Positions 39,968 through 49,675 of a stretch of 64,000 nt of DNA are shown piece by piece. The notes beneath the pieces are model-generated. The model was not told the DNA's origin. It did not search any database and was given only the letters and a program-made list of their open reading frames with translations. How positions within the stretch are numbered: the stretch's first letter is position 1; each line of letters starts with the position of its first letter. Source of the DNA: a bacterium (lineage in GTDB: Bacteria > UBA8248); NCBI GenBank assembly GCA_965200245.1, contig CBDATS010000004.1:512001-576000 (forward strand), read 5' to 3'. The position numbers were made by a program, and so were the translations under genes.

Positions 39968-40294
39968 TTTCCATACTTGCTGGATATTCTTGCATCGGCC
40001 CGGATGGCCTGAACTTATGTTGAAGGCGTCACACAACAGGAATTTCTCCAGGACACGAAATTACAGGACTCCGTCGTTCGCCGCATTGAAATTATCGGCG
40101 AGGCGGCAGGGCGCGTCTCATCTGCGTTTCGGGAAGAAAACCCTGCAATATCCTGGAACGGAACTCGGGGAATGCGAAATCGAATGGTCCATGTCTGTGA
40201 TGACATCGATATGGATATCGTATGGGAAACCGTGCAACAGGAAATCCCCTGCCTGATCACCCTGCTAGTACGACTCGCGCCACCCGAATCTTAA
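39957..40294 (+). pseudogene. HepT-like (DUF86) toxin with frameshift and stop
   Basis: YLLDILASARMA*...QDSVVRRIEIIGEAA...GMRNRMVH..DDIDMDIVW. Confidence 0.82.
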
Positions 40295-40302
40295 CGTATC
40301 GC

Positions 40303-41124
40303 CTACGTATCCGCCGCCCAGACCTTGACGAGGGTGTGAAACTCCCCGTTTTCCCCGAAACGGTCGATGCACGCGGGCAAGGCCGTCATCATCGCGCGGT
40401 CGAAGCGCTGTCCGACTCTCACGATACTCCCCGCCTCTTTCGTCACCGCCGACACTTCGCAAACGGCGCCGCTCGCCTCGAGATCGTCCATTAGCGCCTC
40501 ATATGGTGCGCCCCACAACGGGAAGTGAAGTGATGTGCCAAGGTCGGCGGCCAACTCTCGAAACGCCTCAATGCGCCAATCACGTATGTGCTCGAGATGC
40601 AGATCGCCGAAGACGAAGCGCGTTATCTTCGGAATCATGCGAGCCGCCTTGGCAATACGCGCCTCATAGGCCTCTTCCGGATACAGCGGGACACCCAGCA
40701 GCGGGACTTCCAGATGTCCGGCCTGTCTCGCGACCAACTCGATATCGAGTTCTTGGTGCGCGATTTTCCGGCTCGCCGCGTCGAAGGTGGTGAGAAGAAC
40801 GACCGAGCGCAAACCCTCGCGCCACAAGGCCCGGCATGCAAGATAGCTGTCTTTACCGCCGCTCCAGAAAAGCATGTCCACGGGTTCAGAGGGGGGCAGA
40901 ACGTCGGTCATCCAGGTGGGTCTGCGGGCGAGGCGGGGACGTTCTTCCAACGGAACCGCCTCGTGCGCATAGGGACAGTGCCGGCAGCCGCTGCCGCAGC
41001 AACTCCCGCGCCTGTGCAGCCCGATTTCGGTGAAGACGCGCCATCCCGTCTTGGGGTCAATGTAGAATTCCTCTCCATTGCGGCACGCACACTCATGGAG
41101 AACCCGCCAGTTATCATTTTTCAT
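40303..41124 (-). CDS. DUF5522 Cys-rich domain fused to diphthamide-synthase-like adenine nucleotide alpha hydrolase
   Basis: YIDPKTG..VFT...RGSCCGSGCRHCPY; WSGGKDS, FGDLHLEHIR, GENGEFHT. Confidence 0.85.
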   Translation of the reverse strand: MKNDNWRVLHECACRNGEEFYIDPKTGWRVFTEIGLHRRGSCCGSGCRHCPYAHEAVPLEERPRLARRPTWMTDVLPPSEPVDMLFWSGGKDSYLACRALWREGLRSVVLLTTFDAASRKIAHQELDIELVARQAGHLEVPLLGVPLYPEEAYEARIAKAARMIPKITRFVFGDLHLEHIRDWRIEAFRELAADLGTSLHFPLWGAPYEALMDDLEASGAVCEVSAVTKEAGSIVRVGQRFDRAMMTALPACIDRFGENGEFHTLVKVWAADT

Positions 41125-41152
41125 GGACTGTTTGAATTCGCTCTGACAGGCA

Positions 41153-42097
41153 TCAGGATGCGCCTGTGTCAATACATTCCCAGCCCGCGCCCTCGTGGCC
41201 GAAGACGAAGACCTCGGGATGGAGAATCTCCGCCAGAATCTCGGCGGATTCGACAAGCCTGGGCCCCGGGCGGTTAAAGAACTGGTTCCCGTCAGTCACG
41301 AACACCTGTCCATTGCGAACCGCTTCCAGGCATGTCCACTCCGCGCGTCCGATAAGTGCAACCAACTCACTGCGCGAGCGAGCAATATCGAATCCACACG
41401 GCATGAGTACGATAACCTCGGGCCTGGCTTCCTCAAACGCGGTCCATTCGAGCCAAGCGGAATGTTCGCCTTGGGTGCCCAGGACATCTACGCCGCCTGC
41501 GGTCTCCACGAGTTCCGGCACCCAGTTGCCTGCCGCCATTAGCGGGTCGTACCACTCGATACAGGCGACCCGGGGTCTGCGGTCCGTCTCTTGCGCGCAT
41601 CTGGAAATGGCGCCGAGCCGCTCATGCAAATCCGCCAGAAGCGCGTCGCCGCTTTCACGGACACCCAATGCCGCTGCCACTGAGGCGATGTCATGCCAGA
41701 CGTCTCCCAGCGCGTTGGGCTCAAGCGAAAGAACCTCAGGTCTGGAGCGCACCAGTTTGCGCACGGCCGCCTGAACGTCTGCGAGGCTCACTGCACACAA
41801 CTCGCATTGGGACTGTGTGACCACCAGATCGGGCGCGAGTTCATCAAGCAAGGCGGTGTCGACGCTGTAGACCGAGACGGCTTCCTGCAACACTGCCTTC
41901 ACACGCTCGTCAATTTCGCGGCTCGTGCCGTTCGGGTCGAATTTGGGAGCGGTGCAGGCAGGAAGCGCCGTAATATCATCGGGATAATCGCATTCGTGTG
42001 AACGGCCCACGAGGTGTTCACCGCATCCCAAAGCGTGAATAATCTCCGTACTGCTCGGCAAGAGCGATACGACGCGGTTCAAGAACCAGACCTCCAT
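41153..42097 (-). CDS. cobalamin-binding (BtuF-like) ABC substrate-binding protein
   Basis: RVVSLLPSSTEI, GRSHECDYP, TQSQCELCAV, GNWVPE, FNRPGPRL. Confidence 0.85.
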   Translation of the reverse strand: MEVWFLNRVVSLLPSSTEIIHALGCGEHLVGRSHECDYPDDITALPACTAPKFDPNGTSREIDERVKAVLQEAVSVYSVDTALLDELAPDLVVTQSQCELCAVSLADVQAAVRKLVRSRPEVLSLEPNALGDVWHDIASVAAALGVRESGDALLADLHERLGAISRCAQETDRRPRVACIEWYDPLMAAGNWVPELVETAGGVDVLGTQGEHSAWLEWTAFEEARPEVIVLMPCGFDIARSRSELVALIGRAEWTCLEAVRNGQVFVTDGNQFFNRPGPRLVESAEILAEILHPEVFVFGHEGAGWECIDTGAS

Positions 42098-42208
42098 AAA
42101 CGTGAAACCCGAACTTGCGAATCCTCACACATCCCGAGCACTTACTTATTCTTCATTACTTCGCCATTCACCAACAAAAGAATCGAAAACCAGAATGCTC
42201 AGACCCGA

Positions 42209-42500
42209 TCAGAAATGATTGGGAATAAAGCGAAACAGAGTTGGAGTCAGAACAGGCAAATTTCGTATATAATTTCCAAAAGAGTCCTTCCAGTGTCCGC
42301 TAGAATTGCCGATTTTTGACACGCCTTCGGGAGTGACGTCCTTAATCTCAATTCCTTCAAACATTTTGCTATCCTGACCTATTCTGCCACTCTCGATTGA
42401 CAACCCCTCTCCATGCTTACCTTGGAACATACTCACTGAGCCGGACATTTTCCCTTCGCCAAAACCGGCATTCATGACCAGCTTGCCGCTGGAATGCATC
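42209..42500 (-). pseudogene. remnant of a TbpB-like barrel domain
   Basis: SGKLVMNAGFGEGKMSGSVSMF...SSGHWKDSF. Confidence 0.4.
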
Positions 42501-42558
42501 GCCTCGTCCCGGCGTCGACATGGGGCGAGGACCCGCCCGGAGTTCCACATCCGATTCC

Positions 42559-44115
42559 CTAGTCGCCCGAGGACTGCCGCCCTGCCTCAAGTCCGCCGGA
42601 AAGACGCACCGCGCCGTCGTCCACCTCGAAGGCACCGCGAGCGATTCGCCGTCTGCGGCGCGGAAGCCCGACACCCAACCCGAAATCGGCAACCAGTTCC
42701 GCATCGGCGGTGAAGGCACCCCCGTCCTTCCCGTGGCGAGCGATCCGACCCGCGGCGTCGCCCGAATAGCGTGCCGTCCCGCCCAGAGGGGCCAGCGCGG
42801 TGCCCGACCAGGACGCCTCCGCCGAAGGCGCGGCCGAACCGGCGGGTCCAGATGCCGGCCCGTTCATCCAGGGACCCGGACTCTCCGGAGAATTTTCTTC
42901 GGAACTCTCCTCGCGGCTCGCGCCGAAGGCGCCGACAAACGCCTCGGACGAATACCAGCGCGGACTGTCGAGATCGCTGGACCACACGCCGGCGACCGTC
43001 CGGCCCGCCACGCCCTCGTGATCCTCATAGAACTGGCCCTCCACGCAGTTGGACGTGTCGGAAGAGCAATCGCCGAACTTGCCGTTCTCCACCGACAGGC
43101 CATTCCAGCTCTTGTTCAGAACAGGATCGGGGTCGGAGTTAAATGCGCTGTAATAGTAGTAGAGGTTGTGCAACAGGACATCGACCGTGTCGTCGTAAAA
43201 ATCGTAAGTTATCCTGGCATCTCCGGAAAGATGATAACCGACCCCGTCGTCCAAACTCCGGGCCAATGCCGTACCGTTCCAGGTGGCGGTCGTTTCCTCG
43301 TCCACCGGGTCGGGGTTGGCGTTCGTCGGAATCCCGAACGTGAAGCCGGAGAGTTCATATTCGAGGTCATCATCGTAATCAGACGCCGAAGCGAAAAACA
43401 CGCCATCGACCCAGTCCGCATAGAAAAAGACACCGTCAACCAACCAGCCCGCCGATTTTCCGGAATATGGGTCACCCTTATCGAAGCTCAAGGTTATAGG
43501 GTTGGACAGCTTGTCGGTGATGCCTGTAGCGTCGGTAATCTCCGTCCCCATTTCGGGGAGCCCCAGCTCAATATGGCGATTTGTATCGGTGCCACCATCG
43601 CTGCGCCGGCTGTGCACATGACCGCGCAGGGTGGCCACCAAATCGGTGAAGCCTGGAAGCCTCTTCAGAAGCTCCCGCATCTCCGCGGTTTTGTATCCGC
43701 TCTGGATAGGTAATGATTCGGGCGGCGGGTCCCAGGGGTCGAGCGGAGACGGGTCGTCCTCATCAGGCACGCCGTCGTTATCGTCATCGGGGTAGGCATT
43801 GTTGCCGATGCCGTCCCCGTCGGTGTCCACCCACTCGTCCGGATCCAGCGGGAAGGCGTCGGCAGCGTCGGCCACCCCGTCATTGTCGTCATCGGGGTCC
43901 GCGTTGTTGCCGGTCCTGTCCCCATCCGTGTCCAGAACCTCAGGAACCGTGGCGGGGGGCGGCGCCGAGACGCGCGGCGTTCCACCACCTCCTCCCCCGC
44001 AGCCGCCAACCAGCAGCACCAACGCCAGGCAAACCCCCACGAACCACGCTATCCGGCCACCCGAAAAAGATTCAGACAGGCAACGGAAACTCATACACCA
44101 GCGTTTCTCTCGCAT
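42559..44115 (-). CDS. surface lipoprotein with thrombospondin type-3 (Ca-binding) repeats and TbpB-like barrel; C-terminus disrupted
   Basis: Lipobox LLVGGC-GGGGG; DTDGD..GNNADPDDDNDGV.D..DAFPLDP twice; ATWNG...GDARITYDF...VEGQFY...VGAFGASRE; second domain frameshifted near 42685. Confidence 0.75.
   Translation of the reverse strand: MREKRWCMSFRCLSESFSGGRIAWFVGVCLALVLLVGGCGGGGGGTPRVSAPPPATVPEVLDTDGDRTGNNADPDDDNDGVADAADAFPLDPDEWVDTDGDGIGNNAYPDDDNDGVPDEDDPSPLDPWDPPPESLPIQSGYKTAEMRELLKRLPGFTDLVATLRGHVHSRRSDGGTDTNRHIELGLPEMGTEITDATGITDKLSNPITLSFDKGDPYSGKSAGWLVDGVFFYADWVDGVFFASASDYDDDLEYELSGFTFGIPTNANPDPVDEETTATWNGTALARSLDDGVGYHLSGDARITYDFYDDTVDVLLHNLYYYYSAFNSDPDPVLNKSWNGLSVENGKFGDCSSDTSNCVEGQFYEDHEGVAGRTVAGVWSSDLDSPRWYSSEAFVGAFGASREESSEENSPESPGPWMNGPASGPAGSAAPSAEASWSGTALAPLGGTARYSGDAAGRIARHGKDGGAFTADAELVADFGLGVGLPRRRRRIARGAFEVDDGAVRLSGGLEAGRQSSGD
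42637..42829. repeat. 193-bp direct repeat, copy 1
   Basis: Matches 45901-46093 (offset 3264) with one mismatch seen by eye. Confidence 0.9.
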
Positions 44116-44282
44116 GGTTCACGCCTTCTCATGTTCAGGTTTCATGACGCATAGAGAATGAAAACCTAGTCAGCCGCGACCAGCTTGTCAACGACTCCGC
44201 GTCCTTCATCCTTTTCGCTTCCCGCCCGCTTTTGGGGAACGCGATAACAGTGGCGAGTTTACCAAGCAGTTTCCGGGTAAGA

Positions 44283-44359
44283 AAAGGGGCGAGATAAACC
44301 TTCCCCTTGCCGGGTAATACAATCCCTGTTAGCATCCGGGGAATCCATTCGCCATTTTT
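44283..44359. repeat. ~77-bp REP-like dispersed repeat, copy 1
   Basis: AAAGGGGCGAGA.AAACCT.CCCCTTGC...CCCTGTTAGCATCCGGGGAATCCATTCGC, repeated at 46233-46309. Confidence 0.75.
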
Positions 44360-44515
44360 GGCTCTTGATGAACATGAGATATTATAATGATGTTTATCTA
44401 ACCAAGGGATAGAGAACTTCGCGCTATATGGCTTTATGATGGAGTTCGTTTTCTCGCTAAAACCAAGGAGGCGACTCCGCGCCTCCATTCCTGAAATCTC
44501 CGATGGAGGAGTGTC

Positions 44516-45660
44516 GTGAAGAGACTATCGATCCATGTTTGCCTGTGTCTGTCGCTCGCCTTGACGGCTTTCGGTTGTGGAGGCAGTTCGGGAGGGGGAG
44601 GATCAGCCGGAGAGCCGGTCACACCCGAAACGGGCGTTCGGCAGGAAACCTTTCTGTATCGGGATCTGCAAAGGACGCTTCCCGAGGTGATCGGCGAACA
44701 GGCAGACTCGCCTGATGAGGGAGTCATCCGTGAGTTTGTCGTCACCCGATCGTTTCTCCTGCTTCCGCCAGCTGCGTTAACTGCTCCTGCGACTCCCGTC
44801 TGGCAGAACGAAGACGATTCTCCTCTGGACTCTACGGCTTTTCTTTGGCCCGGCGTAAACAGCGGCCACACACTGCATATACGGGGCCGCGCCGGACTCC
44901 GCGGAAACTATCCATTTACCGGAGAGGAGGCGGTCGATGGTTGGGGCAACCCAAACCATGAACTCTCCCGGCCAGCCATGTTCAAAAGCCGTCATCCGTC
45001 GGACATCGGCATTGTGCACGACATCGCGCTCGCCTACGCGGATTCGGGCAACGGCGGCATGGCCCTGGAATACGCCGCCTATGGCTGGTGGGCGATGGCC
45101 CCGGTGCCGGGCGGTGGAGCTCTGGATACCACCCGAAAGCTGAGCGCCCACGGCGGCATGAGTTTCGGAATCGAAGTCCATCCGCGTGACATGCCGGGGT
45201 CTGCCGACTCTCCGATTACGGCGATGTACGTCGGTCGCGCCACCGGTCATGCCTAGGACTCAAGAGGACGCTGGGTGTTGGCGGGCGACGCCATCCTGAA
45301 TGCAGTACTGAGAGGTCCGTCCGGCAGCATTAGCGGCATGATAGAGAATACGCACATCGCACGGATCGATCCGGAGACCCTCGAAGTGTTCCGGGCACGG
45401 GCGGAAGCTGGCACAGTGTCGTGTTGAGGCCGACTACGATAGAAGGGAACGGATACAGGGGCCGAATATACGTCGACGGGACGGCCGATTCAGGGCCCCC
45501 GTTCCGGACCCCCGCGGGCTTATACGAAGGGGCACTCTACGGACCCGAAGCCGTGGAAACCGCTGGCCAATGGTGGCTTATCGAGGCCTATCCCGCAGAC
45601 CACGAAGACGACGGGGAGATGGTGGTGGTCGGCGCCTTCGGAGCGAGAAAGAACCCATAA
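44516..45660 (+). pseudogene. lipoprotein with TbpB-like C-terminal barrel, interrupted
   Basis: Lipobox LTAFGC-GGSS; LEYAAYGWW; AMYVGRATG; TAG at 45254-45256 and frameshift near 45420; ends YEGALYGPEAVETAG...VGAFGARK. Confidence 0.75.
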
Positions 45661-45879
45661 CGTCAATCTCGGACCGCCGGGGAACGAATACACCCTCCGG
45701 CTCATTGCTCGCGGAAGTCCTGAAACTCCAGCGTAATTTTGACGCCGAGAGTGATCACCCACGCGAGCAAGCAATCCTGATCAATATCCTCGCCCCTGAA
45801 CCTCCCGTTCCAGCGGTCAGCGAAACCGTCCCCGGACGCGCCGCCCGCGAAACCTCCGGAAAGACCTATCGGCGTGGCC

Positions 45880-46179
45880 TCAAGCACGACGGCAGGAAAC
45901 GCGAGCTATTCGCCGTCTGCGGCGCGGAAGCCCGACACCCAACCCGAAATCGGCAACCAGTTCCGCATCGGCGGTGAAGGCACCCCCGTCCTTCCCGTGG
46001 CGAGCGATCCGACCCGCGGCGTCGCCCGAATAGCGTGCCGTCCCGCCCAGAGGGGCCAGCGCGGTGCCCGACCAGGACGCCTCCGCCGAAGGCATCGCAC
46101 CAGTCATCGTCGCGTCGGTCAGGCGCGTCAACTCACTGGTGAGTCGGCAGGTTTCGTCATTCTTGATGTTGAGACCCAT
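45880..46179 (-). pseudogene. VapB (Rv0623-like) antitoxin N-terminus fused to lipoprotein fragment
   Basis: MGLNIKNDETCRLTSELTRLTDATMTGA joined at 46093 to the repeat. Confidence 0.7.
45901..46093. repeat. 193-bp direct repeat, copy 2
   Basis: Matches 42637-42829. Confidence 0.9.
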
Positions 46180-46232
46180 CGTCGCCCTTATAGGGTAATG
46201 GTTCCCCCGCTTCGATGTAATCGACGTATAGC

Positions 46233-46309
46233 AAAGGGGCGAGACAAACCTCCCCCTTGCGGGGTAGTACGCCCCCTGTTAGCATCCGGGGAATCCATTC
46301 GCTATTTTT
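46233..46309. repeat. ~77-bp REP-like dispersed repeat, copy 2
   Basis: Matches 44283-44359 with several substitutions. Confidence 0.75.
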
Positions 46310-46331
46310 ATATTTCAGGAGGATGTGCGCG

Positions 46332-46865
46332 ATGGCGGAATTCACCGTAGCCAAGTTCAAGGATGTTTCCGATGGCTTGCAGGAGGGCCAGTTCGCTATA
46401 GGAGAGCGGACGAAGGCGACCGGTCTGGCGGATTTGGACCCGATATACAGGGATTTACTGGACAAGCCGATTACGGTCACTCTGGGTCTCATCGGCTCCG
46501 ATGGACGGGTAAACATGACACCTATGTGGTTCGACTACGAGGGCGACACGATTCTCGTGAGCACAGCTTCGCACCGGCCAAAGTGCGGGTGGATACGTAA
46601 CAACCCGCAGCTCACAATTCTCCTCGTGAACCCCGAAAACCCTTACCACTGGATGAGCATCAAGTGTACGGTGGTGAACGAGATATATGAAGACGGGCCG
46701 GGCGGCGAGCGGGCAACCGAACAACTCGACCGCATCTGGACGAAATACACGGGTACTGACCCGCCCTACGCGCTCAGAGACCCCGCAATCGACGAGAAAC
46801 GCGTATTGTTCGAGTGTCGTGTAGACAGGATAGCCACTTTTCGGGAAGCCGTAATCACGGCTTGA
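46332..46865 (+). CDS. pyridoxamine 5'-phosphate oxidase-like (PPOX) split-barrel protein
   Basis: DGRVNMTPMWFD, R.K..WIRNNP, DRIWTKYTG; AGGAGG RBS. Confidence 0.85.
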   Translation: MAEFTVAKFKDVSDGLQEGQFAIGERTKATGLADLDPIYRDLLDKPITVTLGLIGSDGRVNMTPMWFDYEGDTILVSTASHRPKCGWIRNNPQLTILLVNPENPYHWMSIKCTVVNEIYEDGPGGERATEQLDRIWTKYTGTDPPYALRDPAIDEKRVLFECRVDRIATFREAVITA

Positions 46866-46874
46866 AAAAACGTC

Positions 46875-47000
46875 TCCCTGCACTTCGCCTCGTGGCCGAG
46901 CGCGCGGCTCCAATCGTGTATGTTCGCGCGCGCCTTGGGAAGCCGTGTTTCGCCACGTCGACGCCGATGATGGGATATCCTCCCAGGGATGCCTCCTGCA
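46875..47000 (-). mobile_element. IS110-family transposase remnant
   Basis: IIGVDVAKHGF followed, after a deletion, by HDWSRALGHEAK. Confidence 0.55.
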
Positions 47001-47221
47001 AGGCGCTATGTGACGTTACCCCGTCATGGCTCAATATTGCCGGAAGGGGGCCTCCATCCCATCGAACTGCTCATGGGAACCAGGATTGAAAAAACCGACG
47101 GACTTGCCGTCGAAGTCGATCAACAAGTCCGCCTTTACCAGTTCGCCGGATCGGCAATATGTCTCGTCGGCGCAATAGGCGGCACCGAGATCGGCCTTTG
47201 AAATCCCTGCCTGTTTTCGGG

Positions 47222-48148
47222 TCAGGTCTTTTTCTTTCTGACACGGCTCCGGCGGGGTTTCGGCGCGGGCCGTTCCTTAAGGAACCAGTCGAGTATCTGC
47301 TCGCCATCCCAACAGACTACCCCCGGCTTGGACAGGATATGCTCGAAGGTTTCGCGTACGTATTTGATACGGTGCGGCGAACCGGATAGATACGGGTGCA
47401 TGGCGATCGACATCACCTTCGTGGATTCGTGGCTTTCGGCGTAGACGGTCTCGAAGTAGTCGAGCGCCCTGTCCCGAAAGACCTGGGATTCGTGGTGCTG
47501 GATAGCCATGCTCACGATGTCGTGGAGTTCATAGTTGTAGGGCAGCGCTACAACGGATTTGCCGACCGTCGTCTTCACGTGTACGGGCTGGTCGTCGAGC
47601 ACCCAGTCACCGATGTATTCGATGCCGGCCTCGGCGAGAAAATCCAGCGTCCGGTATGTCTGGGTCAGCCCCGGACCGAACCAGCCGCGCGGCTTCTTGC
47701 CGGTGAAATCCGTGATGATATCCATACACTGGTCGATGGTCGCGCGCTCGTCGTCAAGCTTGTGCATCGGCACCTGTTCGTAGGAATGGGCGTTGAATTC
47801 CCAGCCCGCTTCCAGGCACGCCCCGGCGACGCGCGGATACTCCATGCAGGTACGGGCGTTCAGTGTCACCGTTGGGCGTACACCGAGATCGTCGAGCATC
47901 CGCTTGATGCGCCACACGCCGACCCGCATACCATACTCGTGCCAACTCCAGTTGGGATGATCGGGGAGCATCGGCACCCCTTGTGGCGGGGGTATCACCA
48001 TGCGTGCCATCGGCCGGACGATATCCCACACTTCCAGTGCCAGCACCGGCCAGAGAACCAGGCGCGCGCCGTCTGGCAGTTTCAGTGGTTTGCGATCGAT
48101 GATGGCCGAATAGGGCAGGCGATCACCGGGTCTCATACCTTCTTTCAT
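47222..48148 (-). CDS. polysaccharide deacetylase family protein (PuuE-like)
   Basis: WHEYGMRVGVWR, WEFNAH, PRGWFGPG, DDQP, MHPYLSGSPHR. Confidence 0.9.
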   Translation of the reverse strand: MKEGMRPGDRLPYSAIIDRKPLKLPDGARLVLWPVLALEVWDIVRPMARMVIPPPQGVPMLPDHPNWSWHEYGMRVGVWRIKRMLDDLGVRPTVTLNARTCMEYPRVAGACLEAGWEFNAHSYEQVPMHKLDDERATIDQCMDIITDFTGKKPRGWFGPGLTQTYRTLDFLAEAGIEYIGDWVLDDQPVHVKTTVGKSVVALPYNYELHDIVSMAIQHHESQVFRDRALDYFETVYAESHESTKVMSIAMHPYLSGSPHRIKYVRETFEHILSKPGVVCWDGEQILDWFLKERPAPKPRRSRVRKKKT

Positions 48149-48376
48149 GTCATATCCCCGAGGTGGCTGCGCCTGCAGGATGGAGCGGCGCACGGTTCTG
48201 TCAGGTGCGGTCATACTATAGTCAAGATGGCATGGCAGGCAACCTCGACGCTTTTCTGAGCGAATTTACCGGAATCGCGCCATGGCACGATGCTGATCGT
48301 ATCGGTCGAAACCTCATCCGCATGCATGACGCCACCGCCTGCAGTATCTCCCTTTTCGATGGAAAACAGTGCACCC

Positions 48377-49507
48377 CTACCAGACGCAGCCGCGCGCGGC
48401 CACGGGGATCACGGCTTCGAGCACGCCCATCTCCATTCCGCCACGAACGCCGTGGTAGACATCGTAGAGGTTGATGGTCGGGTCACAGTGGCTGGGCTGG
48501 AACAGGAGTGTCTCGCCAATTTCCGGTCGTCGCGAAGTCGGGGATAGCTCCAACACCCCGTGCTCATCAGAAGCCCGTGCATGCACGGCGCCTTCGAGTT
48601 CAAGGCAAGGAGCCAACCCACTGTCCGAGGAAAGTGCCTTGTGACCAGCGTCCATCACGACATGGCCGAGACCGGGCGCGCTCACCACGGTCGTCAGAAC
48701 GAACAGGCTGGGTTTGAAATCGTCATACGTGTCGGAATCCTCTCCGCCGATGCTGCGATAGTGCGAATCCATGAAGAGATAGCTGCCGGCCTGAAGCTCA
48801 TTCAGCACGCCATAGTCCGCATCCCACCGCCATGAACCAGTGCCGCCCCCGCTCCTGATTTCCGTCGAAAGCCCGGCAGCCTCGAACGCGGCCACCGTCT
48901 CGTGCATCAGCGCGACGGCGCGCGCGTAGGTTTCGCGCCGTTCGATGTATCCATCCACGTGCTGGGCCGCGCCCTGGTAGGCCTGAATCCCCATCAGTTG
49001 GAGCCCCTGCGCCGCTTCCACGCGTCTTGCGAGTTCCACCGCCGGCTCTCCGGGCGTCACGCCGCAACGGCCCTGACCCACGTCCACGTCAACGAGCACG
49101 CCGATTTCCACCCCCGCCGCCGTCACAGCTTCCGAGAGCATGCTCACCCCCTGGGGATGATCCACCACCAACATCAACTGCGTATGACGTGCGAGCGCGG
49201 CCAGACGCTTGAGTTTCGAGACAGCCGTGACTTCGCTGCTCACGAGCACGTTCTCCACCCCGCCTTCCACCATCACCTCGGCCTCGCTTACTTTCTGGCA
49301 GCACACGCCCACTGCGCCGAGTGCTACCTGTTTGCTCGCAAGCCAGGGACTCTTGTGCGTCTTGGCGTGGGCGCGCAGCCTGACACCCGTTCCTTCCAGA
49401 CGCTTCGCCATCAGGGCGAGGTTCTCCTCCATGACGTCTAGATCGATGACCAGGGCAGGCGTTTCTATTTCGCGCACCGGCGTTCCGATACTCTGGGCAT
49501 GGGGCAT
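48377..49507 (-). CDS. DSD1/D-threonine aldolase family PLP enzyme
   Basis: TPALVID, RAHAKTHK, GGGTG, ELQAGSY, SDEHG, HCDPTINL. Confidence 0.92.
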   Translation of the reverse strand: MPHAQSIGTPVREIETPALVIDLDVMEENLALMAKRLEGTGVRLRAHAKTHKSPWLASKQVALGAVGVCCQKVSEAEVMVEGGVENVLVSSEVTAVSKLKRLAALARHTQLMLVVDHPQGVSMLSEAVTAAGVEIGVLVDVDVGQGRCGVTPGEPAVELARRVEAAQGLQLMGIQAYQGAAQHVDGYIERRETYARAVALMHETVAAFEAAGLSTEIRSGGGTGSWRWDADYGVLNELQAGSYLFMDSHYRSIGGEDSDTYDDFKPSLFVLTTVVSAPGLGHVVMDAGHKALSSDSGLAPCLELEGAVHARASDEHGVLELSPTSRRPEIGETLLFQPSHCDPTINLYDVYHGVRGGMEMGVLEAVIPVAARGCVW

Positions 49508-49675
49508 GCAGTATCCTCCTCAAGGAGAAATCGACTCTTTATCTTAAGAATCTGTGGAAGAATATCACCAGAAAGACGAGGCGGGAACCGGCTTGCCCGC
49601 TGCCCTTTCATGCCGCATGATGGGGTTTCACGGATTCATGTGACTTTCCCGCTTGCATTCGGAGGTTTTTTCTTC

